The position numbers and the translations under genes are program-made. A stretch of 64,000 bases of DNA from positions 471,736 through 535,735 of the forward strand of contig CAWBJJ010000002.1 in NCBI GenBank assembly GCA_963789135.1, in the 5' to 3' direction. Shown piece after piece: positions 29,233 to 38,361 of the stretch (positions are counted from its first letter, which is position 1; the number at the start of each line of letters is the position of its first letter). A model generated the notes under the pieces. It was not told where the DNA came from, did no database searches, and worked only from the letters and a program-made list of their open reading frames with translations. This DNA comes from an uncultured Acidobacteriota bacterium. GTDB lineage: Bacteria; Actinomycetota; Acidimicrobiia; Spongiisociales; ZC4RG35.

Positions 29233-29865
29233 TTGCTTTCGCTACAACGTAGGTTTTCGCGCCTTCTCTGGGGTGCGGCAGCAGCTGTGCTGGCGGTCAC
29301 CAGCATCATCCCAGCGGCGTCGGCTCAGGCAGCCGACGGCCTCCCATTCGAGATTCGTTTCCCCCAGGAGACACAGGTGACGATCTTCTCGTCCACGTTC
29401 GGGGCGGGTCGCTCGGGCGGTCGACGCCACCACGGCGTCGATTTGATGGCCCCGAAGATGACACAGGTGTACGCCGCCGCCGACGGGGTGGTGGTCGAGA
29501 TGGACACCAACCGGCTTTCCGGGAGATACATCGAGGTGCAGCACATCGAGGGCTGGTCGACGCGCTACCTGCATCTCAACAATGACACCCCGGGAACCGA
29601 CGATGGTGACGCCGGGTGGGACCTGACGGCAGCCCCGGGCATTGCCATAGGCTCGAAGGTGGTGGCCGGCCAGCTCATCGCCTGGGTGGGAGACTCGGGC
29701 AACGCGGAGTGGACGGGATCACACACACATTTCGAGATCGCGTTCGAAGGCAAGGCGATCGATCCCTACCCCTTCGTCAAGGAGGCGTGGGAACGAGATG
29801 AGGCCCGCTACGAGGCCGACCTCTGGGACCTGCTCCACCCCCTAGATCTATATCGGATCGTCTGA
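29233..29865 (+). CDS. Secreted M23-family metallopeptidase
   Basis: Signal peptide, HHGVDLMAP and GDSGNAEWTGSHTHFEI. TTG start with a GGAGGG SD. Confidence 0.85.
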   Translation: MLSLQRRFSRLLWGAAAAVLAVTSIIPAASAQAADGLPFEIRFPQETQVTIFSSTFGAGRSGGRRHHGVDLMAPKMTQVYAAADGVVVEMDTNRLSGRYIEVQHIEGWSTRYLHLNNDTPGTDDGDAGWDLTAAPGIAIGSKVVAGQLIAWVGDSGNAEWTGSHTHFEIAFEGKAIDPYPFVKEAWERDEARYEADLWDLLHPLDLYRIV

Positions 29866-30312
29866 GCCGTCCGGCTCGATGACCAGTGCGTCGTCGAGAG
29901 CGGCCACCCTGGCGCCGAGATCTTCATCCTCCGGGCTCACGATGGCCACCTCGGGCGCCTGAACCGGTGGCGGCTCACCTTCGTAGACCCAGATCACACG
30001 GCGGATCCCGGCACTGCCAACGGCGCGGGCCCAACCCTGCAGCACATCGGGCTCGGTATCCGCGAAGGATCGCTCCCGCCCGTCACGTGCGGCCTCAGCG
30101 ACGAGAACCGCGCTGAAGCAGTTGAGGGCGGCCCCTTCGACGTGGCTGTCGTCGGAGACGTCACCAAGGGCGACCTTGACCCCGCGCGCTTTCAGCTTGG
30201 AGGCGACACCGGGGTCCGTGACAAACGCGCGGACCTCCCTGCCTGGCGCGTACAGGGTGTCGAGGATCGCCGCGCCTGGCGCGGTGTCAGCCCCGATCAC
30301 GATCACCGGCAT
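29848..30312 (-). CDS. Small NAD(P)-binding-domain protein (NmrA/SDR-like N-terminal fold)
   Basis: MPVIVIGADTAPGAAILDTL...VRAFV. 154 aa. The assignment is weak. Confidence 0.5.
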   Translation of the reverse strand: MPVIVIGADTAPGAAILDTLYAPGREVRAFVTDPGVASKLKARGVKVALGDVSDDSHVEGAALNCFSAVLVAEAARDGRERSFADTEPDVLQGWARAVGSAGIRRVIWVYEGEPPPVQAPEVAIVSPEDEDLGARVAALDDALVIEPDGSDDPI

Positions 30313-30411
30313 GAGCCGAAGTTACCGCACCGCGGAACATGGATGGCCGACCCGCTGTTGTTTATGGCATGGACCGTGCCTTTCCCCCAGAGGGACCGGT
30401 CCGGTACAATC

Positions 30412-30429
30412 CCACTACCGGGATAGTGG
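30412..30429. promoter_or_regulatory. Inverted repeat CCACTA-N6-TAGTGG just downstream of a TACAAT hexamer (30405-30410), upstream of sufB
   Basis: Read directly. The palindrome GGACCGGTCC is at 30393-30402. Confidence 0.3.
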
Positions 30430-30465
30430 AAATTCCCGCACTCGACAGAATCAGGTGAAACCTCG

Positions 30466-31875
30466 ATGGCAACCGTAGACCTCGATCTCGGCGCCTACAG
30501 ACTCGGATGGCACGACGACGTCGAGTATGCATTCACACCTCGAAAAGGCCTCGACGAAGGCGTGATCCGCGAGATCTCCGCCCTCAAGGGCGAGCCGGAG
30601 TGGATGTTGAACTTCCGCCTCAAGGCATACGACCGTTTCCTCAAGAAGCCGATCCCGCAATGGGGTGGTGGTGGTGCGCTGAACACCATCGATTTCGACG
30701 ACATCTACTACTACATCAAGCCCGCAGGCGAGCAGGCCAAGGACTGGGACATGGTCCCGGAGTCGATCAAGACCACTTACGAGCGACTTGGCATCCCGGA
30801 AGCCGAGCGGAAATACCTCGCCGGGGTTACCGCCCAGTACGAGTCGGAAGTGGTCTATCACCGCAACCGCGACGACTTGGAGAAGCTGGGGGTGCTGTTC
30901 ACCGACATGGACACCGCTCTCCGCGAGTACCCGGAGATCGTCAAGGAGTACTTCGGGACCATCATCCCGCCCAACGACAACAAGTTCGCTGCTCTCAACT
31001 CCGCGGTGTGGTCGGGCGGGTCCTTCATCTACGTGCCGCCCGGGGTCCATGTCGATCAGCCGCTCCAGGCCTACTTCCGCATCAATTCGGAGAACATGGG
31101 CCAATTCGAGCGCACGCTGATCATCGTGGATGAGGGCGCCTACGTGCATTACGTCGAAGGCTGCTCCGCGCCGGTTTACACCACCGACTCGCTCCATGCC
31201 GCGGTGGTCGAGATCATCGTCAAAGAGGGTGGTCGGTGTCGTTACACGACCATCCAGAACTGGTCCAACAATGTGTTCAACCTGGTGACCAAGCGCGCCG
31301 CCGCCTACCGGAACGCCACGATGGAATGGGTAGATGGAAATCTTGGCTCCCGCCTGACGATGAAGTATCCGGCGGTCTGGCTCATGGAGCCCGGAGCCCA
31401 CGGTGAGGTGCTGTCCATTGCCTTCGCCGGCGAAGGGCAACACCAGGACGCTGGGGCCAAGATGGTCCACGTCGCCCCGGACACCACCTCGACGATCGTC
31501 TCCAAGTCGATCGCCAAGGGCGGGGGAAGGTCCGGCTACCGCGGTTTGGTCCGCGTCGAGCCCGGAGCCGAGAACGCAAAGAGCTTCGTTCGCTGTGACG
31601 CCCTGATCCTCGACGAGAACAGCCGCTCCGACACCTATCCGTACATGGAGATCGAGGAGAACGACGCCGAAATCGGCCACGAGGCGACAGTGTCCAAGGT
31701 GGGTGAGGAGCAACTCTTCTATCTGATGAGCCGCGGCCTCACCGAAGACCAGGCGACCTCGATGATCGTCGCCGGTTTCATCGAGCCCATCGTCAAGGAA
31801 CTGCCCATGGAGTATGCAGTCGAGATGAATCGACTGATCGAGCTCAACATGGCGGAGGCGGGCGCCGTCGGATGA
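30466..31875 (+). CDS. sufB: Fe-S cluster assembly scaffold SufB
   Basis: 469 aa. ...[23 protein letters not shown]..., CSAPVY and a C-terminal [12 protein letters not shown]. Confidence 0.95.
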   Translation: MATVDLDLGAYRLGWHDDVEYAFTPRKGLDEGVIREISALKGEPEWMLNFRLKAYDRFLKKPIPQWGGGGALNTIDFDDIYYYIKPAGEQAKDWDMVPESIKTTYERLGIPEAERKYLAGVTAQYESEVVYHRNRDDLEKLGVLFTDMDTALREYPEIVKEYFGTIIPPNDNKFAALNSAVWSGGSFIYVPPGVHVDQPLQAYFRINSENMGQFERTLIIVDEGAYVHYVEGCSAPVYTTDSLHAAVVEIIVKEGGRCRYTTIQNWSNNVFNLVTKRAAAYRNATMEWVDGNLGSRLTMKYPAVWLMEPGAHGEVLSIAFAGEGQHQDAGAKMVHVAPDTTSTIVSKSIAKGGGRSGYRGLVRVEPGAENAKSFVRCDALILDENSRSDTYPYMEIEENDAEIGHEATVSKVGEEQLFYLMSRGLTEDQATSMIVAGFIEPIVKELPMEYAVEMNRLIELNMAEAGAVG

Positions 31876-31883
31876 CGGCGACC
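31857..31883 (+). repeat. Copy 1 of a 27-nt direct repeat (ggcgggcgcCgtcggatgacggCgacc) spanning the sufB stop
   Basis: 25/27 identical to 31916-31942. Period 59 nt. Confidence 0.8.
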
Positions 31884-31915
31884 TGCCGACGGGTGGGGTG
31901 GCGGGGAATCATCAC

Positions 31916-31942
31916 GGCGGGCGCTGTCGGATGACGGTGACC
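31916..31942 (+). repeat. Copy 2 of the 27-nt direct repeat
   Basis: ggcgggcgcTgtcggatgacggTgacc. Confidence 0.8.
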
Positions 31943-32020
31943 CGGTAAAGCCGGCTCCATATCTCTTAGAGTTCAAGGTCCCGTGACACCCGGAGTCAGC
32001 GAATAAGCACCTACCTCGGG

Positions 32021-33316
32021 TTGGCCTCCGCCCTGGTGCTGGTGCTTCTCACCGGGTTCTTCGTCGCCGGTGAGTTCTCGATCGTCGCCGTCGATCGCAG
32101 CAACGTCGAGCGCAGGGCCGCGAACGGGGACAGGTCCGCGCGACGAATTCTGGCGTCGCTCAAGAACCTCTCCTTCGAGCTGTCGGGCGCCCAGCTCGGG
32201 ATCACGGTCACGTCTCTGGCCCTGGGTGCGATCGCCGAGCCCGCGATCGGCACCTTGATCGAGCCCTGGATCGCTGGGCTCGAATTCATCTCGGCATCCA
32301 CGGCGCGGGCGATTTCCGTTGCTGTGGCTCTGGTCCTGGCAACCGGGCTGAACATGGTCTTCGGCGAGCTGGTGCCAAAGAACCTGGCGATTGCACGTCC
32401 CTATCGATCGGCTGTCGTATTCGCGATCCCGATGCAGGTGATCAACCGCGTGCTCAGGCCGCTCATCCTTTTCCTCAACAACTCCGCCAACTGGACTGTC
32501 CGGCGCTTCGGGATCGAGCCTCGCGAAGAGCTCGCGGGCGTGCGGTCCATGGAGGAGCTGGAGCTCATGATCCGCTCATCCGGGGAGGAAGGTCGGCTCG
32601 ACGACGACGAGATGGAATTGCTGACCAGGGCGATCACCTTCACGGAGAAGATGGCTGCCGACGCCATGGTGCCCAGGGTTTCGGTGATCGGACTCAGCCG
32701 CCATGACTCCCTCGCCGAGCTGCGACGGACTTCGGTCGCCACCGGTCACTCCCGGTTCCCGGTGTACGGCGACGACCTCGATGACATCGTGGGCATCGTT
32801 CATGTCAAGGACAGCATCTCAGTCCCGGAGTCGCGAGTCCCGATGACGCCGGTGGGCCAGATCCTCAAGCCGGCACTCCTCATCCCCGAGACGAGCACTC
32901 TGGAGTTCCTCCTGGGCGAGTTGCAATCCGAGGGCCGGGGGATGGCGGTCGTGGTGGACGAGTACGGAGGCACCGCCGGAATCGTCACCATCGAAGACCT
33001 GCTCGAAGAGATCTTCGGCGAGATCGAAGACGAGTACGACGCCGAGCCTGTTCCCGAGCCGGCACTCGAGCGCTCGGACGTGCTCTCAGGGTTGCTTCAC
33101 CGTCACGAAGTGGAGGAGATGATCGGCTTCGAATGGCCCGAGGGCCGCTATGAGACGCTGGGCGGGTTCCTGGTGGCGCACCTGGGGCGGTTTCCTCGCC
33201 CCGGAGAGGTGATCAGGGTCGGCGAGACGACCTTCGAGGTCCTGGCCATGGATGGTCAGAGAGTCGACCAGGTGCGAGTGGGCCGGGACTCGAAACCGAG
33301 GGCGGGCGGCTCGTGA
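32021..33316 (+). CDS. CNNM/CorC-type hemolysin-family protein (DUF21 + CBS pair + CorC_HlyC)
   Basis: N-terminal 4-TM DUF21 ([10 protein letters not shown]..., [11 protein letters not shown]), a CBS pair and a C-terminal transporter-associated domain. Confidence 0.85.
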   Translation: MASALVLVLLTGFFVAGEFSIVAVDRSNVERRAANGDRSARRILASLKNLSFELSGAQLGITVTSLALGAIAEPAIGTLIEPWIAGLEFISASTARAISVAVALVLATGLNMVFGELVPKNLAIARPYRSAVVFAIPMQVINRVLRPLILFLNNSANWTVRRFGIEPREELAGVRSMEELELMIRSSGEEGRLDDDEMELLTRAITFTEKMAADAMVPRVSVIGLSRHDSLAELRRTSVATGHSRFPVYGDDLDDIVGIVHVKDSISVPESRVPMTPVGQILKPALLIPETSTLEFLLGELQSEGRGMAVVVDEYGGTAGIVTIEDLLEEIFGEIEDEYDAEPVPEPALERSDVLSGLLHRHEVEEMIGFEWPEGRYETLGGFLVAHLGRFPRPGEVIRVGETTFEVLAMDGQRVDQVRVGRDSKPRAGGS

Positions 33317-34608
33317 ACTGGGGAGCCCTGGTCTGGATGGCGCTCCTCCTTCTGGCCAACGGATTCTTCGTCGCGGCCGAGTTCGCATATATCACCGCTC
33401 GTCGCAACTTGCTCGAGCAGGTCCGGACCCGGTCGGCAACAGTGGCCATCGAGCTCAACAGGCAGCTCTCCCTGAGCCTGGCGGCAGCGCAGCTGGGCAT
33501 AACGATGGCGTCGTTGGTCCTCGGCTTCGTGGCCGAGCCGGCTGTGGCTCACGGCCTGGAGACCCTCTTCGGGGCCACCGGCATGTCCGAAAGCGTCGTG
33601 CGGGCCGTATCTCTGATCCTTGCCCTGCTCATAGTCGTCTTCCTGCACATGGTCATCGGTGAGATGGCCCCCAAGAACTTCGCCATCACCAATCCGGAGC
33701 GGTCTGCGGTAACTCTTGCGCTGCCGTTTCGGGGTTTCATAATTGCTTTCCGCCCCCTGATCGCCTTGCTCAACGGAGCTGCAAATGGCGTGCTTCGGTT
33801 GTTCGGTGTGACACCCGCCGATGCATTGGACGTGGGACATTCGGCCGAAGACCTCGCTGTCATCATTGGCACCGGGCGGGAGGAGGGGGTCATTCAAGAC
33901 TTCGCTCACCGTCTGCTCAGCGGGGCAATCGTGTTCGGTGATCTCGATGCTTCGGCAGTCATGGTTCCCCGACCAGATGTCAGGTCCGCGCCGGCAACGG
34001 CGACGGTGTCCGATGTTCGAGAACTGATGCTGGCAACCGGCTTCTCACGGATACCGGTGATCGGTGGGGACATCGATGACGTCATCGGGTTCGTCCACGT
34101 CAAAGACCTGATCGCGACCGGCGATGAGGAGCAGGAGCAGCCGTTGCCGGCCACCTCGGTGCGGGAGGCACTCGGGGTCCCGGAGACCGCGCCACTTCGC
34201 AGTGTCCTTGCCGAGATGCGAAAGGCCCGCAGTCACCTCGCGGTGGTCGTCGACGAGCATGGGGGCACTGCCGGGATCATCACGCTCGAGGACATCGCCG
34301 AGGAGTTGGTCGGTGAGATCGCCGATGAGCACGACACCCGGGAGCAGCGCTTGTCGTTCGACAAGGAGGGCAAGCTGGTGGCCGCGGGAACCGTTCGCCC
34401 AGATGAGTTAGGCCGATTAGGGATCAGCCTGCCTGAAGGGGAGTACGAGACCATCGGCGGCCTGGTGATGGATCGACTTGGTCGCCTCCCCGAGGCCGGG
34501 GACGTCATCGAAGACGGCAACTGGAGGGTGGAGGTCTTGAGCACGGAGGGTCGTAGAGTCGGGGAGGTCGAGATCACACCGCTCGGCGTCGAAGAGGACA
34601 GCGACTAG
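33313..34608 (+). CDS. CNNM/CorC-type hemolysin-family protein, tandem paralogue
   Basis: Same architecture (AEFAYITARR..., IGEMAPKNFAI). GTG in a GTGA overlap with the upstream paralogue. Confidence 0.85.
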   Translation: MNWGALVWMALLLLANGFFVAAEFAYITARRNLLEQVRTRSATVAIELNRQLSLSLAAAQLGITMASLVLGFVAEPAVAHGLETLFGATGMSESVVRAVSLILALLIVVFLHMVIGEMAPKNFAITNPERSAVTLALPFRGFIIAFRPLIALLNGAANGVLRLFGVTPADALDVGHSAEDLAVIIGTGREEGVIQDFAHRLLSGAIVFGDLDASAVMVPRPDVRSAPATATVSDVRELMLATGFSRIPVIGGDIDDVIGFVHVKDLIATGDEEQEQPLPATSVREALGVPETAPLRSVLAEMRKARSHLAVVVDEHGGTAGIITLEDIAEELVGEIADEHDTREQRLSFDKEGKLVAAGTVRPDELGRLGISLPEGEYETIGGLVMDRLGRLPEAGDVIEDGNWRVEVLSTEGRRVGEVEITPLGVEEDSD

Positions 34609-34871
34609 CCGTTGTTCCTGCCGACGACGTAACCAAGGAGCAGGCCCCCGACAGCGCCCCACACCACGGAGAAGCCGTCTCCCACCACGTAGATGCCGGG
34701 CGCCCCGCCGATGCGCATCACCGTGGACAACGAGATGCCGCCGATGACCCCCATCAGCATCGCACCGAAGACGTTGTCGGCGCCGGCGAACAAGCCGCCG
34801 ATCAGGCCGGCGATCGCTCCGACGCCGCCGATGACCGCAAGTGCTTCCCAAGTGCCTGCTTCGAGGAACAT
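34605..34871 (-). CDS. GlsB/YeaQ/YmgE-family (transglycosylase-associated) small membrane protein
   Basis: 88 aa, Gly-rich TM helices (GLIGGLFAG...GVIGGISL...GAVGGLLLGYV). Confidence 0.75.
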   Translation of the reverse strand: MFLEAGTWEALAVIGGVGAIAGLIGGLFAGADNVFGAMLMGVIGGISLSTVMRIGGAPGIYVVGDGFSVVWGAVGGLLLGYVVGRNNG

Positions 34872-34918
34872 GCGATCAGACTAGGCAGTGCCCGCCCGCC
34901 GTCGATGAGTTTGATCGA

Positions 34919-35095
34919 TCAGACCGAAATCAGTTTTTCCTCGATGACGGCTGTCATCGGGAACTGGACTGACCGCCCGGCGAGGCTGAATGGCTCGGTG
35001 AGCAGCATCACGATCGTCGATGGGCCACGACACACGACATGACCGGTGTACGTGTGTAACCCTTCTTGATCCTCGGTGATGAATGTGACAATCAT
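34919..35095 (-). CDS. Candidate small protein, 58 aa (below the ORF-track cut-off)
   Basis: My own translation: MIVTFITEDQEGLHTYTGHVVCRGPSTIVMLLTEPFSLAGRSVQFPMTAVIEEKLISV. GGAG lies 9 nt upstream of the ATG. Third-position GC is about 70% in a lower-GC gap. Confidence 0.4.
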   Translation of the reverse strand: MIVTFITEDQEGLHTYTGHVVCRGPSTIVMLLTEPFSLAGRSVQFPMTAVIEEKLISV

Positions 35096-35216
35096 CTCAA
35101 TAGACTCCGACCCACTGCATCGGCATTTGGTTGCAAAATCCGAAGCGCGGATCTGACCGATTCCACCGCTCGGCCTTTATCCATCCCTTACCCGTCCGCC
35201 CATAGCGTGGAGTGAA

Positions 35217-35891
35217 GTGCGCCTTCTCGTTGTCGAGGATGAACCAGATCTGGCGAATGCCGTCGCGAGAGGGCTACGTCGTGATGGCCACGCAGTCGAC
35301 GTGGCCCTGACCGTCGGTGATGCCGATATCAAGCTGCGAACCGGCGGCTACGACCTGGTGTGCCTCGACTGGAACCTCCCTGACGGGTCCGGGCTCGCGC
35401 TTTGCACCAAGCTGGTGAGCGGCGAGCTCCCCACATTCGAGGGTGTCCAGCCGCGCATACTCATGCTCACCGCCCGTGACGCGGTCGAGGACCGCGTCGC
35501 CGGCCTGGACTCCGGTGCCGACGACTATCTGGTCAAGCCGTTTGCCTTCGCCGAGCTGTCGGCCAGGGTCCGAGCTCTGCTCCGCCGCGACGACGAAGTG
35601 GGGCCGGTGATCGAGGTCGGCTCGCTGCGCATGGACCCTTCCCGCTTCGAGGCGAGCCGCAGCGGTTTGCCGCTCGAGTTGACCGCCAAGGAGTTCTCCC
35701 TGCTCCATTACTTCATGGCCCATGCCGGCGAGGTCCTCAGCCAGGAGCACCTCCTGGAGCACGTTTGGGACGAGATGGCCGACCCTATGACGAATGTGGT
35801 CCGGGTGACGGTCAGCAACCTGCGGAAGAAGCTTGGTGAGCCACCGGTGATCCAGACCGTCTCCGGGCGCGGCTATCGGTTAGTGGACTGA
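35217..35891 (+). CDS. OmpR/PhoB-family response regulator (MprA/CseB-like by synteny)
   Basis: REC domain (LLVVEDEPDL...DLVCLDWNLPDGSG) plus winged-helix (LTAKEFSLLHYFMAHAGEVLSQEHLLEHVW...GRGYRL). GTG start with a GGAG SD. Confidence 0.9.
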   Translation: MRLLVVEDEPDLANAVARGLRRDGHAVDVALTVGDADIKLRTGGYDLVCLDWNLPDGSGLALCTKLVSGELPTFEGVQPRILMLTARDAVEDRVAGLDSGADDYLVKPFAFAELSARVRALLRRDDEVGPVIEVGSLRMDPSRFEASRSGLPLELTAKEFSLLHYFMAHAGEVLSQEHLLEHVWDEMADPMTNVVRVTVSNLRKKLGEPPVIQTVSGRGYRLVD

Positions 35892-37039
35892 TGTCAGGCT
35901 GGCGCTCGATCCGGTTCCGGCTGTCGGTCCAATACTCGGCTGTGGTCTTCGGACTGGGAGGGGCCCTGTTGGGATTGGTCTACTTCGCAGCGCGGCGCGC
36001 TCTGAGTGCTCAAACCATCACCCGGATCGTCGTGCGCGGCGAGCCGGTAGTCATCGACGGTGTCCAGAGATTCGTGCCCACCATCGAGGAGCGGGAGTTG
36101 CGCACCCTCGAATCCCTCTTCAACGAGTACGTCCTCAACGAGTTGGCTCGCTACACCATCGTCTCCCTCATCGTCCTCTTCCTGCTGAGCATCGTCGTGG
36201 GATGGGTCATGTCGGGTCGCGTCCTGAAGCCGATCGATGAGATCACCGAAGTCGCCCGCGAAATACAGGCGTCGGACCTGAGCCGGCGTATCGCCTGGCA
36301 AGGCCCCGACGACGAGCTCACCCGCCTGGCCAACACCTTCGATGGGATGCTCGAGCGCTTGGACCGGGCCTTCTCCAGCCAGCGCCGGTTCCTCGCCGAC
36401 ACCAGTCACGACCTCCGAACTCCACTGGCTGTCATCCGATCCAATGTCGACGTGGTGGCGGCTGACGACGAAGCGACCATCGACGAGTGGAAAGAGGTCG
36501 GGGGGGTGATCCAGCGCAATGTCGAGAGGATGTCGGCGATGATCGAGGCGCTCCTCGCCGCTGCCCGCCTTCAAACCGGCAAGGCGCAGGCGGTCACCCT
36601 CGACCTTGGGGGCCTGGTCGGCGCCAAGGCCGCCGAATACGAAAACGTCGCCAGTGCTAACCAGGTGACTCTCGCGGCCCATGTCGGGCCGGCCATCGTC
36701 GAAGGAGTCGAGGTGACCCTCGACCGGGCGCTCTCCAACCTTCTCGACAATGCTCTCAGCGCATCCGATCCGGGTTCGGTCATCACCCTCGGATCCGGGG
36801 TCGAGGCCCACTGGGCATGGATGGCGGTCCAGGACCGGGGGCCCGGCCTGCCCGAGGTGCCCGAAAGCGGCCGGATAGGCCTCGGGTTGTCGATCGCCAC
36901 CCAGATCGCCGAGGCGCACGGGGGGCGTCTGTCGTCATTCCTCGGTCCCGGGGGCAGGGGGACGACCATGGTGGTCTGGCTCCCGACCGACGAAAGCGCC
37001 GGCGATCCACCCGGCCACTCGCCTTTACCTGGCACTTAG
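35891..37039 (+). CDS. Sensor histidine kinase (HAMP-HisKA-HATPase_c; MprB/CseC-like by synteny)
   Basis: Two TM helices, HAMP, H-box FLADTSHDLRTPLA, N-box LLDNALSA and G-box DRGPGL. Confidence 0.9.
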   Translation: MSGWRSIRFRLSVQYSAVVFGLGGALLGLVYFAARRALSAQTITRIVVRGEPVVIDGVQRFVPTIEERELRTLESLFNEYVLNELARYTIVSLIVLFLLSIVVGWVMSGRVLKPIDEITEVAREIQASDLSRRIAWQGPDDELTRLANTFDGMLERLDRAFSSQRRFLADTSHDLRTPLAVIRSNVDVVAADDEATIDEWKEVGGVIQRNVERMSAMIEALLAAARLQTGKAQAVTLDLGGLVGAKAAEYENVASANQVTLAAHVGPAIVEGVEVTLDRALSNLLDNALSASDPGSVITLGSGVEAHWAWMAVQDRGPGLPEVPESGRIGLGLSIATQIAEAHGGRLSSFLGPGGRGTTMVVWLPTDESAGDPPGHSPLPGT

Positions 37040-37108
37040 TGCGCCTTTAGGGGTCGTTTATCGGTCAGCGGATACGTTTGGGTCTGATAACCAACCAGCT
37101 TTGAGGAA

Positions 37109-38309
37109 ATGAGCGAGCAAGAGACCACCCACCAGATTCCCACCCTCGATCCGGGCGCCCCTGAGGACCGCCCGCTCGATGAGGGCGCCCCTGAGCAGAG
37201 CCCGGTCGCCGAGGATCCCACCGAGCTCGCTTCCAAGCCCTCGGAGCCACCGGTCTCTGCAGCCCCGGTTGTCCCTGTTGCTGCGGCTCCCAAGTCGCAT
37301 AGGTGGGTCGCGGCCCTGGCTGCGCTACTTCTCGTGCTCGCATCGTCGGGTGTCACCTATTTCGTGATGGCGCAAGACGGAAGTGATGAAGGCGAAACCC
37401 CTGCCGCGTCCGCCGAGAGCAGTGATGATGACGCCGCACCCATCGTTGCCGGCGAAGAGCCGGTCGCCGACGCGGCCGCGGTCATCGTTCCCTCGGTCGT
37501 CCAGATTCAGTCCGGCGGAGGCGTCGGGTCGGGCGTCATTTACGACTCGAACGGCCTGATTCTGACCGCAGCCCACGTCGTTGCTGGAGCCGACACGGTG
37601 ACCGTTCGTTTCGAAGACGGTGAGGAAGTGTCCGGGACCGTGCTCGGAGGCACCTCGGGCGCCGACGTGGCCGTGGTCCAGGTCGATCGCACCGGGCTCC
37701 CGGCCGCCGAGCTCGCCCTCGACGAGCAGGCACGGGTCGGGCAGATGGCGATCGCAGTCGGCAGCCCCTGGGGGCTCCAAGGAACCGTCACCTCGGGCAT
37801 CATTTCCGCCGTCGACCAGCCGGTCGATGGCAACGCACTCCTGCAGACCGACGCCGCGATCAATCCGGGCAACTCGGGTGGCGCTCTAGTCGACCGCGAG
37901 GGGCGGGTGCTTGGAATCAACGTCTCGATCTTCTCGATGTCGGGCGCCAACGATGGCGTTGGCTTCGCGGTGCCGATCGATGTCGCCGCCGACCTCGCCG
38001 ATCGGGTGGTCAATGGCGAAAGCCTCGGGTTTGCATTGCTCGGGGTTACCGGCAGTGACGTGGAGTCGGGGCAGGCCGGCGCCCTGATTTCCGACGTGAG
38101 CCGCCAACAGCGCCGCCGACGAGGCGGGTGTCGAAGTCGGCGACCTCGTCATCTCCATCGACGGTGTCTCCGTCCAGGGCATCGAGGATCTCGCCGCTCA
38201 GGTCAGGTCGCACCGCCCGGGCACCACGGTCGACGTGATCGTTGTGCGCGATGGCGGGGAGGTCACACTCACGGTCACTCTCGACGAGCGTCCCGCCGAC
38301 CAGGGCTGA
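37109..38309 (+). pseudogene. htrA: HtrA/PepD-like S1C serine protease with C-terminal PDZ, frame-shifted near 38101-38102
   Basis: Catalytic triad context TAAHVV, DVAVVQV and GNSGGALVD. The PDZ domain (ANSAADEAGVEVGDLVISIDG...TLDERPADQG*) is readable only in the next frame and ends at TGA 38307-38309. Confidence 0.85.
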
Positions 38310-38336
38310 TTCTTCCTGCAAGAGCCCCCGAGTGAC

Positions 38337-38361
38337 GGGCCCGGCTATGCTCGCCGGGCCC
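38337..38361 (+). terminator. Perfect 9-bp GC hairpin (GGGCCCGGC-tatgctc-GCCGGGCCC) after htrA
   Basis: Read directly. No U-tract follows. Confidence 0.4.

Noticed and set aside
30451-31713. 420-aa minus-strand ORF
   Set aside because: It is exactly antisense to sufB, which is unmistakable.
35894-36919. 341-aa minus-strand ORF
   Set aside because: It is antisense to the histidine kinase gene.
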